Shown here in pieces: positions 1-9,859 of a stretch of 64,000 nucleotides of DNA. Both the position numbers and the translations under genes were made by a program. The notes under the pieces are model-generated. The model searched no databases and had not been told where the DNA came from. It was given only the letters and a program-made list of their open reading frames with translations. Source of the DNA: Nitrospirota bacterium. Lineage in GTDB: Bacteria; Nitrospirota; UBA9217. The stretch's first letter is position 1. Each line of letters opens with the position of its first letter. The stretch covers positions 1,120,001-1,184,000 of the forward strand of contig CAWJQQ010000009.1 in assembly GCA_963845065.1 (NCBI GenBank), read 5' to 3'.

Positions 1-744
1 GTGCTTGATGCCTTGCGCAAAGGTAAAATCATCGAATATGAAGTGGTGATCCCTGAAGGATACAATATATATCAGATCGCCTGGACGCTTTCCGGTACAC
101 CGCTTGTCTCCGACCCGCAGGAATTTATCAAACTCGTTAAGAACAAGGAGTTTGTGCATTCAGTCGGCATTGATGCCGATTCGCTCGAAGGTTACCTCTT
201 CCCGGACACTTATTTCTTACCCAAGGGAATAAAACTGGAAGACATTCCCAGGAAAATGGTCCAGCGCTACAAAGCCGCATTCGTTGACAGTTACCGGAAC
301 CGTGCAAAGGAACTCGGTTATAGCGAACACCAGATTATCACTCTGGCTTCGATTGTTGAGAAGGAAGCAAAAGTGCCTTCAGAACGTAAGCTCATTGCAG
401 CTGTGTACCAAAACCGACTCAAGCTCGGCATGAAACTTCAAGCGGACCCTACGGCGGTCTATGGAACAAAAGCGTGGATCACGAAAGTAACGGCTAAAGA
501 CCTCAAGCGGAAATCACCCTATAACACGTATTTGCACAAGGGATTGCCCCCAGGGCCTATCGCAAATCCTGGTGAGGGCTCCATTCTTGCAACACTTTAT
601 CCCGATAATGTTGACTATCTTTTTTTTGTTGCCCAGGGCGACGGCAGCCACTTTTTTTCGAAAGATTTCAGAGCCCATGCGAAGGCTATCGTAAGATATC
701 GGTTAAATAAAAAGAAGTCCAGAAGACGGGCCATGGCAAAGTGA
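1..744 (+). CDS. mltG: Endolytic transglycosylase MltG (YceG family), 5'-truncated by window edge
   Basis: Motifs LEGYLFPDTY, ASIVEKE, LQADPT, SPYNTY..GLPPGPIANPG. Confidence 0.95.
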   Translation: MLDALRKGKIIEYEVVIPEGYNIYQIAWTLSGTPLVSDPQEFIKLVKNKEFVHSVGIDADSLEGYLFPDTYFLPKGIKLEDIPRKMVQRYKAAFVDSYRNRAKELGYSEHQIITLASIVEKEAKVPSERKLIAAVYQNRLKLGMKLQADPTAVYGTKAWITKVTAKDLKRKSPYNTYLHKGLPPGPIANPGEGSILATLYPDNVDYLFFVAQGDGSHFFSKDFRAHAKAIVRYRLNKKKSRRRAMAK

Positions 745-878
745 AAAAGCCTGCTAGGGCTGCAGCTAATCTTTATTAAATATTAGCAACTTCCTCCATT
801 GCATCAACAAAACAAAACGGGTTACTGCCTGACGTAACCCCGCATTGTTTCAATTCCCGAAAAAGTCTGAAACTCAAA

Positions 879-1259
879 TTATTTTTCCTCTTTTGCCACC
901 CAAAGAGACTTCCCCTTATTGTCTCCTGATTTAAAAATAATTAACGTCATATCCTTGATGAATTTCTTCCGTTTCTTGTAGTTAACAAATTGTGAAGCGG
1001 AAAATTTAACTATATACGAGTACGAGCCATCTTGCTTACGGATGCTTCGTGACAGGATTGCTATTGGTGAAATCGCCGTCATCGGACTCGCCTGGATCCA
1101 TGCTTTGATTGCATTGATTGTTTCTTCGTCTGACAGTACGACAGGGGAGGCCTCTGTAGGCGCTGATGATGGGCCTGATGATTTAGAACATCCTGCCGAA
1201 AGGAGTGCCAATACCGTGAATGCAAATAAAACCGAAACCAACTTCGTTTTACATATCAT
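879..1259 (-). CDS. Hypothetical lipoprotein (paralog of 61189-61545)
   Basis: Signal peptide with lipobox LSAGC; start placed at 1259 because the ORF-track start at 1283 lies inside the IS630 end. Confidence 0.7.
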   Translation of the reverse strand: MICKTKLVSVLFAFTVLALLSAGCSKSSGPSSAPTEASPVVLSDEETINAIKAWIQASPMTAISPIAILSRSIRKQDGSYSYIVKFSASQFVNYKKRKKFIKDMTLIIFKSGDNKGKSLWVAKEEK

Positions 1260-1280
1260 CTTTATCTTCCATGTGCTGTA

Positions 1281-2388
1281 CATAACGACATAAATAATTG
1301 CGCATAATGCTTTTTTCTGTTATACTCCCTCCTGAATGGAGGGCTTATGCAAAAACTCGAAATCAAAGATGCAGATATCATGCGAATTTCGGTGAAACAA
1401 GAAATTTTGCGGTCTGATGAATCTCGATACGATCATAAGCTTCACGGCATCCTCTTAGTAAGCTCCGGATATAGCAGCACAGAGGTGGCAAAGCTCTTCA
1501 GGCACAGTCCTCGAACCGTTCAGTACTGGGTCCACCGTTTTGAGCAAAGCGGTTTTGCCGGTCTGCAAGAGATACAGCGATCCGGACGCCCAACCACCTT
1601 AGATGCTGGCATCAGAAAACGTATCGGTCGCGATCTGCGTCGATCTCCGCGCGATTTAGGCTACTCTCAGAACCTGTGGGATGGAAAGCTTCTGAGCCAT
1701 CACCTGTTCCAAAAGTTCGGGGTAGATGTCGGAGTTCGACAATGCCAGCGGATATTCCATCAACTGGGATTCCGCCGGAGAAAACCTCGTCCTGTTATTG
1801 CGAACGCCGATCCTGTGGCACAGCAAAAGTTTAAAAAAACTTCGGCGTCTGGCACTGAGAACCGATATTGACCTCTGGTTTGAAGATGAATGCCATTTCC
1901 AGCAGCATGGATCACGATGAGCCATGTGGATACCACCGGAAGTGATTGATTCCGACCTCCTGCAGCACCGACTAGAAAAAGTATTGGGATCTTCGGGGCT
2001 GTCGGCAGTGAAGATGGATGTTTAGTCACAAGCCGTGAGAAGAAGTTTGACCATGACAATTCTCTCGTTTTTACAAAAGTTGGTGCGTCATCGTAGGCGG
2101 GGCCGAAAAATGATTGTTGTCTTGGATAACGCTCGTTGGCACCATGCCAGGTATTTAAAATTATGGCTGAATAAGCACCGGCATATCTTGAAACTAGTTT
2201 TTTTGCCACCATACAGCCCAGAACTGAACACCGAGCGAGTATGGAAACTGACGCGAACACTTTGCACTCATAATCGATACTTCGCTGAGATCGAAAAACT
2301 TATCGAAGCTGTATCGAACCAGTTTGAGGCATGGCGCAAACCCAACAACACGCTTCGTCGGTTATGCGCAATCATTTAAGACGCTGAG
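1281..2388 (+). mobile_element. IS630-family insertion sequence, degenerate
   Basis: Imperfect 27-bp terminal IRs (CATAACGACATAAATAATTGCGCATAA vs revcomp CTCAGCGTCTTAAATGATTGCGCATAA) flanked by TA at 1279-1280 and 2389-2390. Confidence 0.9.
1347..2379 (+). pseudogene. IS630 transposase: HTH part (1347-1871) and DDE part broken by a stop and frameshifts
   Basis: HTH/winged-helix N-terminus; slippery TTTAAAAAAAC near 1830; WFEDE then TGA at 1918-1920; VLDNARWH and FLPPYSPELN in 2035-2379. Confidence 0.88.
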
Positions 2389-2532
2389 TATAGATATCTT
2401 GAATTTGCGATATGTTTTATCACTTCCACTCTCGTATAGTCGGTTTAAACACATGCCTGGCTTTGAACAGACATTATCTTGACCTTTTTGCACACCATTT
2501 TTGTACAGGTAAGTAAAAAAAGAAAACATAAT

Positions 2533-3384
2533 CTATTCTCTCTGCCTTGGATCAAGTGCATCGCGGATACCTTCACCGAGGAGGTTATAGCCGAGGACGG
2601 TAACAAGGATTGCTAGGCCCGGGAAGGCTGAGAGCCACCACGCAATCTCAATATTGTCCTTTCCCGAAGATAGAAGGCTTCCCCAGGATGGTGTAGGCGG
2701 CTGGACGCCGAGGCCGAGGAAACTTAAAGCAGACTCGATAAGGATGGCACCTCCGATACCCATAGTGGCGGAGACGAGGATTGGGGCTAGGCCGTTCGGC
2801 AGGACGTGTTTGATTATGATTCTGCTGTCCGCTGCGCCGATAGCGCGCGCGGCGATCACGAACTCGCGCTCCTTGAGCGATATGAACTCCGCACGAATAA
2901 GGCGAGCCGGCTCCATCCAGCTCGTGAGGCCTATCACGACCATGATGTTGATGATGCTCGGTTCTAGTATCGCGATCACGGCAAGTACAAGAAAAATCGT
3001 TGGAATACTCAGCATAATGTCAACGGCGCGCATGACGGCGCTATCGATCCAGCCTCCGTAATATCCGGCGATGGAGCCGAGGATAAGGCCCATTATGGTC
3101 GCGATCCCGACTGCGACGAACCCGACCTCGAGAGAAATCCTTCCACCCCATAGCATTCTTGAAAGAACATCTCTGCCGAGATCGTCAGTACCAAGAAGAT
3201 GCGACCAACTGGGGCCGACGAGGATGTTTTTGATGTCGATTTTGGATGGGTCATATGGAGCGAATCGCGGCGCAAAAATTGACAGCACGAAGACAAGTAA
3301 TACCAGGATCCCTCCGACGACCGCGAGTTTGTTCCGCATAAGATGATGAAAAGTCTGGGAAGTGAAGGATTCTGAGTTGTTCAT
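2533..3384 (-). CDS. Peptide/nickel ABC transporter permease (DppC/OppC type)
   Basis: HLLGTDDLGRDVLSR, EAA-like loop, ESALSFLGLGVQPPTPSWG. Confidence 0.95.
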   Translation of the reverse strand: MNNSESFTSQTFHHLMRNKLAVVGGILVLLVFVLSIFAPRFAPYDPSKIDIKNILVGPSWSHLLGTDDLGRDVLSRMLWGGRISLEVGFVAVGIATIMGLILGSIAGYYGGWIDSAVMRAVDIMLSIPTIFLVLAVIAILEPSIINIMVVIGLTSWMEPARLIRAEFISLKEREFVIAARAIGAADSRIIIKHVLPNGLAPILVSATMGIGGAILIESALSFLGLGVQPPTPSWGSLLSSGKDNIEIAWWLSAFPGLAILVTVLGYNLLGEGIRDALDPRQRE

Positions 3385-3436
3385 TGTTGTCTCCTGTCAC
3401 TTTTGTAAAAAATCAGACAAAATCCCTCGCGCCTCG

Positions 3437-4414
3437 TTACCGGAGCCTTACTCTAGGGTCTGTAAATGCATAGCCGATATCGGCGAGAAAGTTGCCGAGC
3501 ATCGTGAGAAATGCCGCAGGCACCAGGATACCCATGGCGAGATTATAGTCACGCGACAATACGGCCTGAAACATGAGTTGTCCCATTCCGGGAATGCCGA
3601 ATACCTGTTCCATGATTGCGCTTCCACCGATGAGCCCCGGCAGTGCGAGACCGAGAATAGTTATCACGGGCATAAGGGCATTACGTAGTGCGTGCTTGTA
3701 GATGATCACCCTATCGGAGAGGCCTTTTGCGCGTGCCGTGCGGATATAGTCCTGGCGCATGACCTCGAGCATGTTGTTTCGTACGTATCGAGAAAATCCT
3801 GCCAGCCCTCCAAAAGCGGAGACGAATACGGGAAGGATTAGGTGGTTTGCTTCGTCTGATATTCTGCCCCAGAAAGTTAGTCCCGAGATGTCAAGGCTGT
3901 GAATGCCTGAAATTGGCAGCACACCCCATTGAACGCCGAAGAGATAAATAAGGAGAAGCGCAAGCCAAAACGATGGTGTAGAAAAACCGATGAATACGAA
4001 CATGGTCGAAAACCGGTCGAGAAGCGAGTATTGACGGGTGGCTGACATGATGCCAATGGGTATAGCGATCAAAAGCACTAAACCAAGCGACAACAGGTTG
4101 ATCGTGAGTGTGATTGGGAGACGCTCAAGGATTTTGTCTTTGACTTTTCTACCATCGGCAAAGGCCTCGCCAAAATCAAGCGTCATGAACTTGCCAAGCC
4201 ATGTGGCATACTGTTTGTAAAACGGCTGGTCGGCGCCGTAAAGCTTTCGGAGTCTCTCCCTTGCTTCCGCTGATGCCTTTGCTGAGAAGTCCATCTGCGC
4301 CTCAGCCGGTCCGCCGGGGGCAAGACGCATAACGCCGAAGCTCAGTACCGTGATACCGAGCAGGATGGGAATCATCAGAAGCGTGCGTTTGAATATATAC
4401 GTGAGCATCGCCAA
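3437..4414 (-). CDS. Peptide/nickel ABC transporter permease (DppB/OppB type)
   Basis: QDYIRTARAKGL, KHALRNA, EQVFGIPGMG, C-terminal DPRVR. Confidence 0.95.
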   Translation of the reverse strand: MAMLTYIFKRTLLMIPILLGITVLSFGVMRLAPGGPAEAQMDFSAKASAEARERLRKLYGADQPFYKQYATWLGKFMTLDFGEAFADGRKVKDKILERLPITLTINLLSLGLVLLIAIPIGIMSATRQYSLLDRFSTMFVFIGFSTPSFWLALLLIYLFGVQWGVLPISGIHSLDISGLTFWGRISDEANHLILPVFVSAFGGLAGFSRYVRNNMLEVMRQDYIRTARAKGLSDRVIIYKHALRNALMPVITILGLALPGLIGGSAIMEQVFGIPGMGQLMFQAVLSRDYNLAMGILVPAAFLTMLGNFLADIGYAFTDPRVRLR

Positions 4415-4786
4415 GTAATTGTCCGGTTATCTAATACAAGAAGTCGTAGGGTTTTTCCGGATGGAGAATTTTAATACCATTGAGTTGGCTGTGTTTTGCC
4501 CTGTCTGCTGCTTAACGGCCAAACACCGTAAGCCCAAGCTTCCAGGTAAGATCGATCGACGCAACTTTATTGCGAAGATGTCATCCATAACGAGATCACC
4601 GTAATCAAGTTTGAACACTGCGATTGAGATTTTTACGAAAAACGGGACAACAGAACCTGTCCGATCTTACCTGGCAATAATCATAGTCTAAAACGGAGGG
4701 CATTTCAAGCGGAAATCGATTGCCCTGAAACCATCAAATAATAACATAGATAGACCGAATGCGCTTGTTTGGCGGATACATAGCGC

Positions 4787-4815
4787 TTGACAATGTGTAG
4801 CACTGTGAGTATTAT
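4787..4815 (+). promoter_or_regulatory. Sigma70 promoter of the tRNA cluster
   Basis: TTGACA-17 nt-TATTAT about 40 bp upstream of tRNA-Pro. Confidence 0.7.
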
Positions 4816-4854
4816 ATGGCCTACAAGTAAGGGGTAAACAGCAGCGAAGTACCT

Positions 4855-4931
<77 letters not shown>

Positions 4932-5008
4932 TTTAAATGCGGAATGAGTGGCATGGGCTACGGCCTTTCAAACTATGAATTCACCGTTCCGAATTCCGCA
5001 TTTTGAAT

Positions 5009-5085
5009 GCGCCTGTAGCTCAGGTGGATAGAGCAACAGCCTTCTAAGCTGTGGGTCAGGGGTTCGAATCCCTTCAGGCGCGCCA
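5009..5085 (+). tRNA. tRNA-Arg(TCT)
   Basis: Anticodon arm ACAGC-CT TCT AA-GCTGT, GGTTCGAATCC, CCA end. Confidence 0.97.
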
Positions 5086-5203
5086 ATTGAAGCATATGTG
5101 CAGATACGATTACAGCATCTGGATGTTTATTGATAAATAGCAAGCGACACACTACAATAAAAAAATCAGCACATTTAAAATCCATAATCTCAAATAATTT
5201 CAT

Positions 5204-5280
5204 GGTGGGCGTAGCTCAGCTGGTAGAGCACAAGGTTGTGGCCCTTGTGGCCGCGGGTTCAAACCCCGTCGCTCACCCCA
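5204..5280 (+). tRNA. tRNA-His(GTG)
   Basis: G-1, anticodon arm CAAGG-TT GTG GC-CCTTG, CCA end. Confidence 0.97.
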
Positions 5281-5336
5281 TTTTTTTAATAGAGACGGCC
5301 GATCTGGCCGTCTTGATTTTTCTCAGGACAGTAACT

Positions 5337-5413
<77 letters not shown>

Positions 5414-5538
5414 TAAGAACTCCACTTTGAGAAATTCGTGGTTTGTAGTGGCTTGTAGTTGTGAGTTCGGAGTTTTGAGTTGTATAAGTCCAGAACTAAT
5501 AATGCACTTCATCAAACTGAAAACGAAAACCTAAATAT

Positions 5539-5615
5539 GCGCCCGTAGCTCAGCTGGATAGAGCGTTGGCCTCCGAAGCCAAAGGTCGTGGGTCCGAATC
5601 CCGCCGGGCGCACCA
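5539..5615 (+). tRNA. tRNA-Arg(CCG), prophage integration site
   Basis: Anticodon arm TTGGC-CT CCG AA-GCCAA, CCA end; atypical T-loop TCCGAAT. Confidence 0.93.
5571..5615 (+). repeat. attL core (3' half of tRNA-Arg CCG)
   Basis: CTCCGAAGCCAAAGGTCGTGGGTCCGAATCCCGCCGGGCGCACCA, identical to 51561-51605; IHF-consensus TATCAATAACTTA at 5630-5642. Confidence 0.97.
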
Positions 5616-5649
5616 AATAAACAATAAATTATCAATAACTTAAAGCCTG

Positions 5650-6747
5650 TCATTGTTTGACAGGCTTTTTCTTTGACTTCTGCTGAGCATGATTTAGCCC
5701 AGGTTGCGTTATTTCTCGTGTGCTTGGAGGTCTGAGCCTGTCGATCGCGCTGGTGGTCTGTAGCAGGAACGTGGGCATCACACGGGCATAAATCTGGGTT
5801 GTTCTCTGATCTTGATGCCCCAGAATGGCGCTGATCTTCGATAGCGGTTCACCCTCGGAGAGTGCCCAGGTTGCAAAGCTGTGCCTGAGCATATGAGGCG
5901 TCACCTTGATTCCGCTATTGGTACTGGCTATCTCGTAGGCTTTGCGTGCTTCTAATGTCCCCTGGAAGAGATATGGACCCTTCCTGGCACTCTTTAGTTT
6001 TTCGATCACCTCACTGGCCCAGGCATTGAGTTTGATGACGATCTCCTCTTTGGTCTTTCCCCTCTTGTATTTGATTATCCCGAGTTCTTCAACATAGTTT
6101 TTATTCCAGGTCAGTTTTGCGAGCTCGCTGTCCGGAATGCCGGTGCAGAGCTCGAGGATTGCCCGGTAGCGGTTGATAGGTTTGGTAATGTGCTGCAACC
6201 AGGTTGCGAATTGGTCTGGGGTGACGTATTTCGGGAGAGGCCGGGGGGCGCGGAGCAGCTGAATATATACCGGTGCCTTATCGATCACACCATTGCGGAT
6301 CGCTCGACGGTAGACGGCGCCCAGACACTTGAGTCGCTTATTGATGGTCTCGGGATGGTAGGGCATCGAGATGCCTTTCTTGTCCGTCCAGTTTCTCATT
6401 TTTGAGATGAAGTCTTCGATGTTTTTATTCGTAAGGTGATCGGCGCGGATATTGCCAAAAGCTGGCCGCAGGAAGAGTCGCACATAGAGCTCGGCATGCT
6501 TATAGGTCCTGGGCTCACGATGGTTTTTCATGAATTGGAGATATTCATCGAAGAGTTCACCGAGAAGCGGGATCCGCCGGCGACCTGGGAGGCCCAGGAG
6601 CCCATGCCGGAAATTATAATCGAAGTCGCTGAAGGCCTCCCGCGCGATCCCTTCATCAGAGGTTCGCAGGCTTTTGCGGTGCTGGATCCCTTCATGCCAC
6701 CAGGCTATATACCATTTCCCATTCGGACGTTTGAAAAGAGTGGGCAT
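5650..6747 (-). CDS. int: Phage tyrosine integrase (box I Arg appears replaced by Pro)
   Basis: N-terminal arm-binding region (RKSLRTSD), HMLRHSFAT...LGH...TTQIYA; box I reads TGIPDSE. Confidence 0.92.
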   Translation of the reverse strand: MPTLFKRPNGKWYIAWWHEGIQHRKSLRTSDEGIAREAFSDFDYNFRHGLLGLPGRRRIPLLGELFDEYLQFMKNHREPRTYKHAELYVRLFLRPAFGNIRADHLTNKNIEDFISKMRNWTDKKGISMPYHPETINKRLKCLGAVYRRAIRNGVIDKAPVYIQLLRAPRPLPKYVTPDQFATWLQHITKPINRYRAILELCTGIPDSELAKLTWNKNYVEELGIIKYKRGKTKEEIVIKLNAWASEVIEKLKSARKGPYLFQGTLEARKAYEIASTNSGIKVTPHMLRHSFATWALSEGEPLSKISAILGHQDQRTTQIYARVMPTFLLQTTSAIDRLRPPSTREITQPGLNHAQQKSKKKPVKQ

Positions 6748-6757
6748 TATCAGCTTT

Positions 6758-7546
6758 TTATGATGTAGGAGTCAAGCCATCGGGAGAGGATTGTGATGCT
6801 GTTGGAGCTGGTGCTTCTTTCGATGTGAGAGTCGGTTCTTCTTTCGGTTTTGGATGAGGTTGTTTTCTTCTTCTGATGATTTTTACATCGCCAATCAATT
6901 CCCACGTTTCTTTTGAGATCATTGTCTTGATATGTTCGGCCAGTTCCTCTTCATCAATTTTTATATCTGATGAATTTTTAAGGTGTGCGCGGATCAACCG
7001 TAGAGTATTTTCATGAAATATTGCCTGGACAATGCTCTTGGGAGAAAGAATTTTTTTTCTGGTAAAGCAATCTTCGAGCTCTCCTTTTGTAATGTTTTTT
7101 CTATGAAGCATTCCGAGTTTCGAAGCTGCATCCTTGATATCTCCTTCTAAAATATCTAAAGACCAGGCTAGTTCTATTTGGATCCCCTCATCGAAACTGA
7201 GATGATACATATTCCAATTCTTTCCATTGCTAAGGAGTACCCATGTCACTCCGGCGTTTGCTGCATAATTGCTTGCCTGTTCAATGTGTTTTTCTTTCAG
7301 TGCAAGACCTGCCTGTTTGACTTCAATGAAAAAAAGAACTTTCCCATCAATCTTTATTGCATAATCTACATTTCTATCTTTTACCGCATGCTCCCGTGAT
7401 ATCTCGTTGAACACATCATAGCCTAATACATCTTCACAGAATTTGCTGATACGCATCGATGTATCGGATTCATTCATTGCTTGATCGAATGCCTGTTGAA
7501 AAACCGGAAGATATTTCTTGAGCTCTTTCGTTATATCGATAGTCAT
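6758..7546 (-). CDS. Stand-alone HsdR N-terminal-like PD-(D/E)xK nuclease domain protein
   Basis: NESDT, VLGYD, VDYAI..FFIEVK, QASNYA, VLLSNG motifs; no helicase domain. Confidence 0.8.
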   Translation of the reverse strand: MTIDITKELKKYLPVFQQAFDQAMNESDTSMRISKFCEDVLGYDVFNEISREHAVKDRNVDYAIKIDGKVLFFIEVKQAGLALKEKHIEQASNYAANAGVTWVLLSNGKNWNMYHLSFDEGIQIELAWSLDILEGDIKDAASKLGMLHRKNITKGELEDCFTRKKILSPKSIVQAIFHENTLRLIRAHLKNSSDIKIDEEELAEHIKTMISKETWELIGDVKIIRRRKQPHPKPKEEPTLTSKEAPAPTASQSSPDGLTPTS

Positions 7547-7666
7547 GTCCCCTCCTATTTTAATCTTTCAGGGAAATCGAAACGAAATATAGGGAATCCC
7601 CGATTGTTTCTAGCCTCGATGAAGTATATTCTTGAACTTTAAAACAATATTAACTGAATAGGGATG

Positions 7667-8083
7667 TCATCCTGCTTTTTTATGAGAACGCCTTGCAATC
7701 CTCGGGCTCGCGCTCTCGCTGCGAGTCCCATTCTTTTTTTTAGCCCTCTCTATCCATATTTCTTCCTGTTCTCTAACATCATCGGCTATGCCGAGATGTT
7801 CTTCTATCCGATATAATCTGATTCTCTCTTGTTCTTTTTCATCTTTGACTATAGGCGTATCGTCAGTAATAAAAAATTCCCACAAGTCGACATCGCCCAA
7901 GGCTTTGCATACTCTTTCAATATAATCAGTCCCCATTGCATCGGCGCCGGTTTCATAAGCGCTGATCCTTCCTGGCGTACTTCCGATTTTTATTGCAAGC
8001 TCCGGTTGTTTTAAACCATGAGATTCTCTAATCCTTCGCAGGTTTTTAGATGTCACTCCGATATAATCAAATTTTTTACTCAC
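7667..8083 (-). CDS. CI-like XRE/HTH repressor (probable GTG start at 8083)
   Basis: NLRRIRESHGLKQPELAIKIGSTPGRISAYETG HTH; divergent from the early operon. Confidence 0.85.
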   Translation of the reverse strand: MSKKFDYIGVTSKNLRRIRESHGLKQPELAIKIGSTPGRISAYETGADAMGTDYIERVCKALGDVDLWEFFITDDTPIVKDEKEQERIRLYRIEEHLGIADDVREQEEIWIERAKKKNGTRSESASPRIARRSHKKAG

Positions 8084-8090
8084 AGAAAAG

Positions 8091-8217
8091 AGTATAGGAA
8101 TATTTCCAAGTTCTGGCAATGCCGGAGTTTGGAACAACATACTATAAAATCTCCTAAATTTGGTAATGACCAGGAATTGAAAATAAATCTTGACAAAATA
8201 CCAAACTCTGGTATAGT
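8091..8217. promoter_or_regulatory. Divergent immunity promoters and operators
   Basis: Leftward TTGCCA(8119-8114)-17-TATACT(8096-8091); rightward TTGACA(8190-8195)-16-TATAGT(8212-8217); palindrome ATACCA-N5-TGGTAT at 8198-8214 with degenerate copies at 8103-8119 and 8119-8135. Confidence 0.75.
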
Positions 8218-9041
8218 CGAATCATGGGGATACAAGAGATATATCAGACACCGATCAGCCAGGCAATTACAACCTTAATATCAAATTATAAAGTTTCAGT
8301 GCGCTCGCGTGCTGAAAAGCGGCCCCTCGCGCCGATCAAGGGTCCTCTCGTATCTTGCGTATCCCCATATGCATTTCACCTGAGCCCGGACGGATCGAGG
8401 GGCTGATTTATTTATGCCTCTTCGAAAGGAAGGTCAAAACCATGCTTTATGATAGACGCCTACCTCGTTGGCATCGTAGAAAATATCGAGCAGTCAGGAT
8501 TCATGTGGCGCAGCCCATCTATTCCACCGACCGTTTTGATAATTTGACCCCGATATGTTGTTTGCATGCAACTCACGCATTGGATCGAAGTCGCGGGTTC
8601 TCGGATCGGGAGGGATGGATTGCTTCCCTATTCTACCGTTGGTTTAAGAAACTGATCGTGGAAATCATGATGCATGAAATCAGGACGAACAGGAATTTGC
8701 AAATCACAATATCGCGCTATATGGCTTAACAGAAATCAGGATGGATAGGATTTTATGAATCGTGATAGAAAAATATGGGCTTGGCTGATAGCCATCGCCT
8801 CGAATTCCTGGATAGTAAGGTGAAGTGCTTTTCCCTTAGGGATGACGATGCTAACATCAATACTTTCCTTGGCTTCTTCTTCCCATAAATGAACGAAAGC
8901 ACCGACTTCTTTTGCTTCTTTTTCACCGATATCGATTTTGTGTACGCGAATATTAATGTTTCCTGCCTCCTCTATGATTTGAATTTGTGCCTGGCAGCAG
9001 AATTCTATCACATGAGGCAGGAAAAATAAACGGAGGTTGTC

Positions 9042-9506
9042 GTGCAATCTCACGAAGCAATTCAGACGGCGATCGGCGGCAAGACAGTTGAGCACGCAAA
9101 GGCTCTTCATCTTTCCTCAAGTGCGGTCCATAAATGGCAGGAGCCATCAACAGACTTCACTGATTCGGGAAGCCTTAATCCTCTGGACCGCGTCGAGACT
9201 ATCATCCAAACATCTCTCAATCTCGATTCATCAATTGATAAGGCCATAGCGCCGGTCCAATATCTTGCCGAACGCTTTGGCCTCATCGTTCTCTCTCTTC
9301 CCAAAATCCCTGACTGTCATGAACAATTAACCGCTGACCTTTTAAAGATGATCGCAGAATTCGGAGATTTGACGAGAGAGACTGGACTTGCCCTGGCACA
9401 ACAGCGGATGACGAAAAAAGAAGCACGTCAGATCGATGAGGATTGCTGGATACTTATCCGGCAGATCGCGGTATTCCTGCACCATGTGGCGGAGGCGGCG
9501 AAATGA
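9042..9506 (+). CDS. Phage regulatory protein, CII/CP76-like
   Basis: N-terminal HTH (HAKALHLSSSAVHKW), NPLDRV, helical C-terminus (AEFGDL...MTKKEARQI); RBS GGAGG. Confidence 0.65.
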   Translation: MQSHEAIQTAIGGKTVEHAKALHLSSSAVHKWQEPSTDFTDSGSLNPLDRVETIIQTSLNLDSSIDKAIAPVQYLAERFGLIVLSLPKIPDCHEQLTADLLKMIAEFGDLTRETGLALAQQRMTKKEARQIDEDCWILIRQIAVFLHHVAEAAK

Positions 9507-9859
9507 ACCTCCTGGACGTGGTTACAAAGAAAGACTTGATGAAACCTTCGGAAATCAGGGACGGCCGGAATTATGGCGGCTATAACCTGAAGCCTCATTT
9601 CATAAAAATGCATGGCCGGCTGATGGGCGGGATCGGGAAACCCATGATCTTCGATCGCAATAGAGTGGAAGCATATCTGGACAGACTCTTCGGGCAGCAG
9701 GAACATGCACGATCGATTAATAAAGAACGCGATGGGGTAATCAAGATCGCCATTGATCGGGCAATAGACGTTGTCAGAAGGGATGCCCACAGTATAAACC
9801 CTTCGCGAGAAATTAAGATCCTGGGCAATGGCGGGAGACAGAAGGGAGTTGCGGCATGA
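9503..9859 (+). CDS. Hypothetical, possibly excisionase-like DNA-binding protein
   Basis: ATGA-coupled to the upstream gene; GKPMIFDRNRVEAYL resembles a Xis wing. Confidence 0.45.
   Translation: MNLLDVVTKKDLMKPSEIRDGRNYGGYNLKPHFIKMHGRLMGGIGKPMIFDRNRVEAYLDRLFGQQEHARSINKERDGVIKIAIDRAIDVVRRDAHSINPSREIKILGNGGRQKGVAA

Noticed and set aside
4934..5005. Inverted repeat AAATGCGGAAT...ATTCCGCATTT between tRNAs as a mobile element
   Set aside because: Short spacer hairpin with no TSD or transposase; likely a tRNA processing or REP-like element.
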